Shown one piece after another: positions 8,037 through 14,797 of a stretch of DNA of 14,797 nucleotides. A program made the translations under genes and the position numbers. Source of the stretch: Promethearchaeota archaeon Loki_b31 (GTDB taxonomy: Archaea; Asgardarchaeota; Lokiarchaeia; Sigyniarchaeales; SOKP01); assembly GCA_005222975.1 (NCBI GenBank), contig NJBI01000069.1, positions 1 through 14,797 on the forward strand. Direction: 5' to 3'. Within the stretch, counting starts at the first letter, position 1. The number at the start of each line of letters is the position of its first letter. Below the pieces are notes generated by a model, which was not told where the DNA came from, did no database searches, and saw only the letters and a list, made by a program, of their open reading frames with translations.

Positions 8037-9794
8037 ATGTTAAAAGAATTAAATGAAGAGGAATTATTAAGGAAAAAAGTATGGAAGATAATCAATATTA
8101 CCCAAGCGAATCAACTCTTCGTTCACTCTAAAAATTTAAAAATAAAATATTTTGCGGAAGATGTGAAAAAGGTTAAAGTAAAAACCTTACCAGAAATACT
8201 ATCCTTATGTGTTTTAAACGCATTAGTTCCAAATTCAGCAATGTTGCTCGTCGGCGGGCACGGTGGCGGAAAAACTACCCTGGTAAAACTTTTGGGTCGA
8301 ATGATTACTGGAAACTCATTAAATGAAATTGAATCTTCAATAGTTCGTGGACATCCACAGTTAACCGAAGAAAAGTTGGTTGGGACTCTAAAATTAGGTA
8401 AATTGATGCATGACGGTGTAGAAGAAGTTGTATGGAGACAATTTGTATTGAACTTCTGGAAAATTATAGATGAGGTAAATCGATTAACGCCTTACGCTCA
8501 GGATATACTTTTATCTTTATTGGCTGAGGGAACTGTCAAATATTACGATGAAATTAAGTCAATTGATAAATTTTGCTTATTTGCGACAATAAATCCGCAA
8601 GATGTTGGGACTTTCGAAACATGATTTGTAATCCAATTCATGCGAAATTTGTCCCATCCATTTTTAGATAGGTTTGGTATTTCAATTCCAATTGTAATGC
8701 CCGCCAGTCACGATTTAGAATTAATTTTGACTGGCAAAGATGAGAAGTACTCGGGTTATGATGAAATGATTCAAGTCCCTAAAGTCTTAACGATTGACGA
8801 GTTAATGGAGATTTGGTATTATGTGAACAGAATCGGTTTTAATGCTGAAGTGAATAATTACATCCACGCAATAATAAGAGAATATACATTATGTGCGCGA
8901 GTAGATAAGGGAAATTCTGAAAATCTCAAACCAAGCACTGGTTTATGCTCGGGTTGTCACTTTAATACAGGGCAAAATGTATGCAACAAAATCGAATCAA
9001 TATTAAGTGTAAGGGTAGCAAAGGATCTTTTGAGATATTCGAAAGCTCTAACTTGGTTGTTAGATCTTAAAAAAATTGATGTTAATATCGTCAATACTAT
9101 AGCCCCTTATGTTATCTCTCATAGAGTTATTTACCCTAGAAGGGAATTAGAAAAATCGCCATATTGGGGAAACCAATATGAATTCTCAAAAAACATTTTA
9201 AATCAAATTCAGAAGCGTTTTATCAATCGCGAAGTTTGTTATCAAATAACAAAACGATTTAGGGATGGAAATTCGGAAAAAGAAGATTTAACTACGCTTA
9301 AGAATTATCAGAAAAACGATTTAATCGTTAAATACGATTTGATTCCTTTTGCCAATTCAATTAAAGATAAAAAGTATTCTAAACTCGCACAAAAAATAAG
9401 TGTCGCCTCAAAAAGTGGAGATATTAACACGCTTGCGAGTATTCGAAATAATCTAATTGAAGATATAGATTTCTCTAACAGAGCATATTTAATCAATTTA
9501 TGTAATCAAGAGTTATATAAGCAAACAGTTACAGACTATATTTTTAAATTTATGAATAATAAAGAAATTTGGGCAGATATTGCGAGCGAATTTCCTAAAT
9601 TGGATAAACCATTACAAGAAGCTTTTAGAAGAAGACAAACGAAACAAATTAGAGCTGAAGATTTATTAATCGAAATTAACGTCACAGGGACTAACGATGA
9701 CTCCTTAGTCAATATTCAAATCTCAGGTGGTTCTGAAGCCTTAAAATTAAGGGAGATTTTAGACAAATTAGATTATATTCAAAAAGAAGAATAA
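8037..9794 (+). CDS. MoxR-like AAA+ ATPase, predicted spliced join(8037..8618,8649..9794), 575 aa
   Basis: Walker A GGHGGGKT, Walker B IIDEVNR and sensor-1 FATINP lie in ORF1. The Arg-finger FLDRF and the lid lie in ORF2. Both ORFs are in the same frame, and removing 30 nt gives ATINPQDVGTFELSHPFLDRF. Confidence 0.88.
8619..8648 (+). other. Candidate 30-nt bulge-helix-bulge (BHB) mRNA intron
   Basis: ACATGATTTGTAATCCAATTCATGCGAAAT. Central 4-bp helix TTCG(8613-16)/CGAA(8643-46). 3-nt bulges AAA(8617-19) and ATT(8647-49). Intron stem 8620-28/8634-42. Exon stem TGGGAC(8606-11)/GTCCCA(8651-56). Contains an in-frame TGA (8622-24). Confidence 0.85.
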
Positions 9795-9811
9795 ATAAAT
9801 TTTGCAGTAAT

Positions 9812-9933
9812 ATGATTCAATCGAGGAAAGGAGGAAGGAGTAAAAGTACTAAAAAAAAAATACAGAAAAGGAAAAAAAGATTATAGAATTAGCTAAAATT
9901 GCATGAAGTAATATGTTAAAAGAATTAAATTTT
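9812..9933 (+). pseudogene. Decayed 5' end of a VWA gene (copy 1), directly after the AAA+ gene
   Basis: MIQSRKGGRSKSTKKK, a frameshift in the A-run, then TEKEKKIIELAKIA*SNMLKELNF. Aligns with TKKEEKLIKLARIAWDKTQSELFF in the intact gene. Confidence 0.75.
9883..9902 (+). repeat. 20-bp exact direct repeat, left copy
   Basis: ATAGAATTAGCTAAAATTGC, identical to 12425-12444. Similarity extends imperfectly on both sides. Confidence 0.9.
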
Positions 9934-10145
9934 GAATCAGATTTCTTCTAAGAAAGGAGGATTAAATTTTGGGAAATTTTTTATACATAACTGTAATTTC
10001 ATTAGTGAATATATTGTTTCAGAACAATTATATGATTTAAATAAATTATGCTAACGCTATTACATACATTTATAGATATATTAAAATATTTTAAAAATAT
10101 TCAATTCATGTAATATCAAATACTAAACAATATTATTGGTTTAAA

Positions 10146-11669
10146 ATGGACAATGAATTTTCTATAGAAGTAAAAAATTTTGGACCAATTTCTGAAGTTG
10201 AGTTTAAACTTAACAAGCTTACTATATTTATTGGGCCAAATAATACGGGAAAATCATATTCTGCCAGTTTAGTACATCTATTCTGTAAAGAACTTTCAGA
10301 AATCCTTTCAGAGTCTTACGATTTTTCGGATTCTTTCAAATTCGGTTCCACTGAAGCAGAAAATGAATCTCTCAAAGATTTTAGAAAAATTTATCTAGAA
10401 CTTTCTAGATTGTCAGATAAAGCGAAAGATTTATTTGGAATAAATTACGATGAAATTATCGATGGCAAAAGTGTATCAATCTCCCAAAAACTTTTACAAG
10501 TTACATTGCAAGTTATACTAGAAACTATTACTAAAAAATTTGAAAGAAGACTCAATGAAGAGTTTAAAAGGATTTTCTCCTGTAAACCAGAAGAACTTAT
10601 TAAATTTGGCACAAAAAGATTACAAATTTCTATAAAATCGAATATTCTATTGATAAAAATAAAACTAAAGAAAAAAAAAATCTTCATTGAAGAATTTAGT
10701 CTAAAACCCCCAAATCTTAAAATATTTAAGAATGAGAATAGACTTGAATGCGAAATATTAACAGATGATGGAGAAGTTATCAATATTAGCAGAGATATGG
10801 ATATTTTTAAATTCATACTGAGAAATGAAAAATTAGATCCTTCATTTGAAATTATGGTAATTCTTTTTGAAGGAATGAAAAGTTATATTAAAAGTCAATT
10901 AAATATTGTCGATAATTATAAAAGTTTTTATATACCTGGTACTCGTTCAGGTTTAATACAAAGTCATAAGGCTGTAGCCTCTGCTTTTCTGAGATTGTCT
11001 TCTAAAGCACTAATAGAACCCTTAGATATACCGACATTACCTGGCTTAATTTCAGATTTTTTAGTGAATATTGTTGAGATTAGTAAAAAAGAAGAATTAT
11101 TTCCTAATTTAATAAAGATTTTAGAAGATGAGATTTTGAAAGGAAGGATTGAATTAATTTCAGATAAAACAGGAGTTGGAAATGAAATTTTCTATATTAC
11201 TCCTGAAGGTAGTATTTCTCTTGGTAGAGTCTCATCGATGATTACAGAATTAGCTCCTATTATTCTATATTTTAAATATATTATTAGGAATAGATGCTTT
11301 TTAGTAATAGAGGAGCCTGAAGCTCATTTACACCCAGATGCACAAATAAAATTTGCTAAATTTATTATTCGATTAATTAGAGATGGATTTAGACTTTTAA
11401 TCACTACTCATAGTGATCATTTGATATATCAATTGAATAACTTTATAAAATTAAGCATTAAAAAAGAGAAAATAAAATTAAATTATAATGAATTGGATTA
11501 TATTCATCCTAGTGAACTAAATGTTTATCTATTTAAGAAAGACGAGATAACTAATGGAGTAGTTTCTAAAAAACTTGAGATAAACGAATTTGGAATAGTC
11601 GAGGATCATTTTGCTCAAATAACTGATGAATTATACGGTGAATCCGCTGAAATAGACAGAATAAAATGA
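10146..11669 (+). CDS. ABC-type ATPase of the AAA_15/AAA_21 class, putative defence ATPase
   Basis: N-terminal VKNFGPI, Walker A GPNNTGKS, signature-like VSSMITEL, Walker B/D-loop IEEPEAHLHP, H-loop ITTHS. Confidence 0.9.
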   Translation: MDNEFSIEVKNFGPISEVEFKLNKLTIFIGPNNTGKSYSASLVHLFCKELSEILSESYDFSDSFKFGSTEAENESLKDFRKIYLELSRLSDKAKDLFGINYDEIIDGKSVSISQKLLQVTLQVILETITKKFERRLNEEFKRIFSCKPEELIKFGTKRLQISIKSNILLIKIKLKKKKIFIEEFSLKPPNLKIFKNENRLECEILTDDGEVINISRDMDIFKFILRNEKLDPSFEIMVILFEGMKSYIKSQLNIVDNYKSFYIPGTRSGLIQSHKAVASAFLRLSSKALIEPLDIPTLPGLISDFLVNIVEISKKEELFPNLIKILEDEILKGRIELISDKTGVGNEIFYITPEGSISLGRVSSMITELAPIILYFKYIIRNRCFLVIEEPEAHLHPDAQIKFAKFIIRLIRDGFRLLITTHSDHLIYQLNNFIKLSIKKEKIKLNYNELDYIHPSELNVYLFKKDEITNGVVSKKLEINEFGIVEDHFAQITDELYGESAEIDRIK

Positions 11670-11675
11670 TAATCT

Positions 11676-12185
11676 ATGGAATTCTTAGAACACTTAAATT
11701 TACAATTCAATGATCTCATAGATATTAGATGTTTTGAGCAAAATGTTGGGAATTTTTCTTTAGGTGAAGAAATTCGAGAAAGCTCTATAATCATCAAAAT
11801 TGAGAGATTAAGTCAATTACCAGGTAAAAAGTGTGATTGCATTGTAATCAGTTTTTTAAGGGATAAGAATAAGATCGCAATAAGTGTAATTGAATTAAAA
11901 TCTGGAAGTTACAAATTTTCTATTGCTAAAGATCAAATAGAAGATTGTATTCAATTTTTAAAAGACAATGTGTTATTAGGAGAAAACCTAAATTATTTTA
12001 AAAAATATCAATGGGATTTTTTTCCAATTATTGTGCACAAATCTAGTTCTAAACAAAATAATCGAGCAGTCTTAAGTCCAGCAAATAGAGTTTCCTTGAT
12101 AGGTGAAAAGAAGCCCAGAATGGTTATCTTCGCAAACTATCATCAAGATTTATACTCAAAAATAAAAAACATATTTAGAGATTAA
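11676..12185 (+). CDS. Putative PD-(D/E)xK nuclease, partner of the ATPase
   Basis: KKCDCIVI...VIELKSG...AKDQI fits the D...ExK...Q core. Starts 6 nt downstream of the ATPase stop. Confidence 0.7.
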   Translation: MEFLEHLNLQFNDLIDIRCFEQNVGNFSLGEEIRESSIIIKIERLSQLPGKKCDCIVISFLRDKNKIAISVIELKSGSYKFSIAKDQIEDCIQFLKDNVLLGENLNYFKKYQWDFFPIIVHKSSSKQNNRAVLSPANRVSLIGEKKPRMVIFANYHQDLYSKIKNIFRD

Positions 12186-12216
12186 TCATTAGACTTCTGA
12201 GTTTTAATTCTAGGGA

Positions 12217-12357
12217 AAATTTCCAAAAAACTTGCTTGATTTAGTTCAAAAAGGGTTTAAAACTAGAGAGAATTCCTATAAAATTATTGAGAGATTTCGA
12301 GAAGGCAATCCTAAGGAGAACGATTTAGGAGAGTTGAAAAATTAGAAAAAACACGAT
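12217..12357 (+). pseudogene. Relic fragment of a divergent copy of the AAA+ gene C-terminal region
   Basis: KFPKNLLDLVQKGFKTRENSYKIIERFREGNPKENDLGELKN*KKHD aligns without gaps to 9180-9320 (EFSKNILNQIQKRFINREVCYQITKRFRDGNSEKEDLTTLKNYQKND). 23/47 identical by hand count. Confidence 0.88.
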
Positions 12358-12475
12358 TGATAAAACCAAGAAGGCAAAGAAAAGGAAAAGGTAAAGTTCC
12401 TTTAGCAGAAAAAAACAAAAAATCATAGAATTAGCTAAAATTGCGTGGAGCAAAACTTTACAAGAGTTTAATTAA
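12357..12475 (+). pseudogene. Decayed 5' end of a VWA gene (copy 2)
   Basis: LIKPRRQRKGKGKVPLAEK, a frameshift, then QKIIELAKIAWSKTLQEFN*. Confidence 0.8.
12425..12444 (+). repeat. 20-bp exact direct repeat, right copy
   Basis: ATAGAATTAGCTAAAATTGC, identical to 9883-9902. Confidence 0.9.
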
Positions 12476-12681
12476 AAGAAATTTTTTTTGAATAAAAAAA
12501 TGAGTCAAAATAAAAAGAATAAACCTATTTTTTTTGATTAAAGAATTAATAAATAAACATTTTAGTTTGAATTTCCATTAAATAATAGTATTTAAAGCAT
12601 TTTTCTTTATTTAATTAAATCTTTAGAGAGAGATATAAGAGAAAATTAATAATCAATTAGTAGATTCTGATGAGAAATTAA

Positions 12682-12721
12682 ATACTAGATAAAATCACAT
12701 TACCTTCAAAAAGAGAATTAA
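12682..12721 (+). pseudogene. Relic of the extreme 3' end of an AAA+ gene copy
   Basis: ILDKIT(+1 nt)YLQKEN* versus ILDKLDYIQKEE* at the end of the intact gene. Positioned just upstream of the VWA frame. Confidence 0.6.
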
Positions 12722-12739
12722 AAATTAAGGTGTTTTAAA

Positions 12740-14476
12740 ATAATAGATATACTTAAAAGAACACATAAGAAAAAAGGTTTTAACAAGAAATATTTAACGA
12801 AAAAAGAAGAGAAACTTATAAAATTAGCAAGAATCGCTTGGGATAAAACGCAAAGCGAACTTTTTTTTCCTCCTTTAGATACGCCTATTTTTATATTCGA
12901 TTACTCAAATTTAGAAGGCTTCTATATAGATCCTCAACACAAATGGCAGATTACTATGAATTTAGCAAATACGCCTATTTTCATAGAAGATATAGACTAT
13001 ATCAATTACTTTCGTGCTATAACCCTTCATGAAGTCTCCCATTATCAAATTATTCCGTATGACGGTTTAATAAACGCTAAATTACTTAAAGCAGCTATAA
13101 AATATGTTAATGAGAATTTTGCTCCGATAGTAGTTAATGTGTTCGCGGATTTTATTATTGATGCTAAGCTTCACAATAAAAATCCCGATTTGATCTCCTG
13201 GGAGTTGAAAAAGACTTATCAGCACATTTTAGACAAAAATCAAAATAACATGAGCGACTTCTCAAAATTCCTATTTCGGTCTTATGAACTGCTCTTAAAT
13301 ATAAAGATTGCTGATAATGGTTCGTTCTCCAATGTGGAAAATGTAGCTAAAAGAGTAGTGAATGTCGTGAAAAAGAATTTTGAAGATGAGACATTATGGG
13401 AAGAAAAAGTAGCTAAAACCGCTTATCATTTAAGGACGTTGGTCAATAATACATTTACTATGGTTGGAACTGGTGTTCGACACGGTAAAGAAAAAACAGA
13501 GAGGAAATCTCCGGGAAGAGGTGGGTCAAAAATCGAGTTTCCTGAAGACATCTTAGAAGTAATGGATAATCCTTTAGAAAATAAAAATTTAGATAAATTA
13601 AAAAAAGATAATAACGATGAATTAAGGCAAAAAGCAGAAGATTTTGCTAAAAAAACACCTTATTCCGAATTTGGAGCTCCTGCCGGCCAAGCAGGGATAT
13701 TAATTGACGGAAATTCGTTAGCTACTTGGTATAGAGGTTTGGCTAAAGACTTAATTGAAATTAAAATATACGAAGAAAAACCGGGAGGACAAATACCCGT
13801 TTATCCCGAAGTTTGGCGTTTAGGAGAACCAATAGATGAGCTAGATATTGTCCAGACCCTTCTAAATAGCCCAGTTATTATTCCAAATATTACAACACGA
13901 AAATGGGCGAAAAAAATAGGACAAGGGCATTTAATGGAAAAAGAAATTCCAGATTTACTAATTGTAATCGACTCTTCTGGATCTATGAAATGGAATTACC
14001 TAGCAAAATCTCCCAGAGGGATTTATCACACCGCTCTGTTAGCTTCTTTTGCAGCGCTTCATTTTGCTGCTAAAAAAGGCGTCAAGTTTAGTATAATTAA
14101 TTTTTCTAACAGAGCTGATATATGTGATTGGACAAACAATTACCAAAAAGCAGAAAAAGTTTTGCTTAGGTATCAAGGGGGAGGAACGCAATTACCCGTT
14201 AAATCTATAATTAAACAGAGCGAAAAATCAGAAAGAGAAACTTTAATTTTTATTATTACAGATTTTGGAATTTATAATTGGGGTAGTGCTAAAAAGACCC
14301 TTTTAGATTTATCCAATAAGGGACACAAAGTTGTAGGTTTTTTTATTGGTGCCTCAAAAATACCACAAGAGCGATTTAAAAATTTACTTAACAAGATAAC
14401 ATTTTATGCGATTAAAAATAGTAAAGACTTAATCAATTTGGTCATAGAAGAAGTAAAGAAGTATTATTTGTCGTGA
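12740..14476 (+). CDS. HExxH metallopeptidase-like + VWA (MIDAS) protein, MoxR partner; start probably well upstream of the called ATG at 12956
   Basis: LHEVSH (His codons 13028-13042). MIDAS DSSGS (13970), GGGT, ITD. The frame is open from 12722 with protein-like LARIAWDKTQSELFFPPLDTPIFIFDYSNLEGFYIDPQHKWQIT. AGGTG precedes the ATA at 12740. Confidence 0.85.
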   Translation: MIDILKRTHKKKGFNKKYLTKKEEKLIKLARIAWDKTQSELFFPPLDTPIFIFDYSNLEGFYIDPQHKWQITMNLANTPIFIEDIDYINYFRAITLHEVSHYQIIPYDGLINAKLLKAAIKYVNENFAPIVVNVFADFIIDAKLHNKNPDLISWELKKTYQHILDKNQNNMSDFSKFLFRSYELLLNIKIADNGSFSNVENVAKRVVNVVKKNFEDETLWEEKVAKTAYHLRTLVNNTFTMVGTGVRHGKEKTERKSPGRGGSKIEFPEDILEVMDNPLENKNLDKLKKDNNDELRQKAEDFAKKTPYSEFGAPAGQAGILIDGNSLATWYRGLAKDLIEIKIYEEKPGGQIPVYPEVWRLGEPIDELDIVQTLLNSPVIIPNITTRKWAKKIGQGHLMEKEIPDLLIVIDSSGSMKWNYLAKSPRGIYHTALLASFAALHFAAKKGVKFSIINFSNRADICDWTNNYQKAEKVLLRYQGGGTQLPVKSIIKQSEKSERETLIFIITDFGIYNWGSAKKTLLDLSNKGHKVVGFFIGASKIPQERFKNLLNKITFYAIKNSKDLINLVIEEVKKYYLS

Positions 14477-14513
14477 TAATTTGTCGTAAGATCTGGTTTA
14501 AAAATATTTGTTT

Positions 14514-14797
14514 TCAATGCTGTTTATTCATTTCCCGCAAATACTGTTTCATAAAGTACCTTTGGCTCTCACAATACATTAATCTTTGATTATCATTCAA
14601 ATGGGTGCATCTTTTTAAGACTATTTGAATCTCTTCAAGTAATTTCATATTAGCTCTCTTGGCTCTTTCGGGTAGTTGATTTAACTTAACCTCAATTTCT
14701 TTTTCGCTTATCTCTTCCTGAAACAAATCTTTAAGATTGAGAACTGGTTCCGAATCACTTAACCTTGAAATTATCATAATTTTATCCCTAAGGAACT
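14514..14797 (-). CDS. Hypothetical protein, C-terminal part, possibly 5'-partial
   Basis: The 87-aa ORF frame stays open to the window edge (FLRDKIMIISR...). Convergent with the VWA gene. Confidence 0.6.
   Translation of the reverse strand, partial: FLRDKIMIISRLSDSEPVLNLKDLFQEEISEKEIEVKLNQLPERAKRANMKLLEEIQIVLKRCTHLNDNQRLMYCESQRYFMKQYLREMNKQH

Noticed and set aside
8622-8624. TGA read as selenocysteine or by stop readthrough
   Set aside because: Readthrough would leave a 10-aa insertion in the conserved sensor-1 to Arg-finger segment, at a position with no expected Cys. The AUGA is Watson-Crick paired rather than forming a SECIS-type core. BHB excision explains the sequence better.
8615-8647. 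CGAAA direct repeat as the target-site duplication of a MITE or transposon scar
   Set aside because: Removing one copy plus the interior deletes 28 nt and causes a frameshift. Only the 30-nt BHB cut restores the protein. The repeat follows from the palindromic TTCGAA pairing in the central helix.
8037-9794. Simple pseudogene or single-base sequencing error
   Set aside because: A point error cannot create 10 extra codons with a complete BHB fold, and both halves are otherwise intact.
9934-10053. Short open frame (SKKGGLNFGKFFIHNCNF...) in the spacer
   Set aside because: No start codon, about 35 codons, and no recognisable homology within the window.
10081-10094. Palindrome TTAAAATATTTTAA upstream of the ATPase
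   Set aside because: It is A/T-only and expected by chance at this base composition.
11667-11678. In-frame junction of the ATPase and nuclease ORFs as another intron or readthrough site
   Set aside because: Double stop TGA TAA, no BHB pairing seen, and both proteins look complete.
188-11797. Short minus-strand ORFs (188-415, 731-967, 2085-2339, 4174-4365, 4856-5062, 5308-5520, 5316-5687, 9308-9496, 10445-10816, 11615-11797)
   Set aside because: All are antisense shadows of well-supported plus-strand genes and show no motifs.
1-14797. CRISPR array, tRNA/rRNA genes, IS elements
   Set aside because: No regularly spaced repeats, GC-rich structural RNA segments, transposase or integrase motifs were seen.

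Overview
A very AT-rich archaeal window. The gene set and style (PAS histidine kinase, gatC, TATA-type promoters, AGGTGA-type ribosome-binding site) suggest an Asgard/Lokiarchaeia-like genome, but this is inference and not verified. Left part: a 5'-partial PAS histidine kinase, a hypothetical protein, gatC, a Zn-ribbon protein and a HAD hydrolase. Middle: an accessory block with a RelE/ParE toxin-antitoxin pair, a hypothetical protein and an 873-aa Zn-finger / tandem-HNH / winged-helix protein. Right: a MoxR-like AAA+ ATPase gene and its HExxH-VWA partner, separated by an ABC-type ATPase + PD-(D/E)xK nuclease cassette. Main finding: the two AAA+ ORFs (8037-8624 and 8640-9794) look like one gene interrupted by a 30-nt, stop-containing insert (8619-8648). 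The insert folds into a bulge-helix-bulge (BHB) motif, and the canonical BHB cut sites restore GTFE|LSHPFLDRF exactly in frame. This is a candidate tRNA-endonuclease-spliced mRNA intron in a gene other than cbf5. Second finding: the 'intergenic' DNA around the ATPase-nuclease cassette consists of decayed, divergent copies of the AAA 3' end and VWA 5' end, pointing to a recombination hotspot. The intact VWA gene appears to start at a non-ATG codon.
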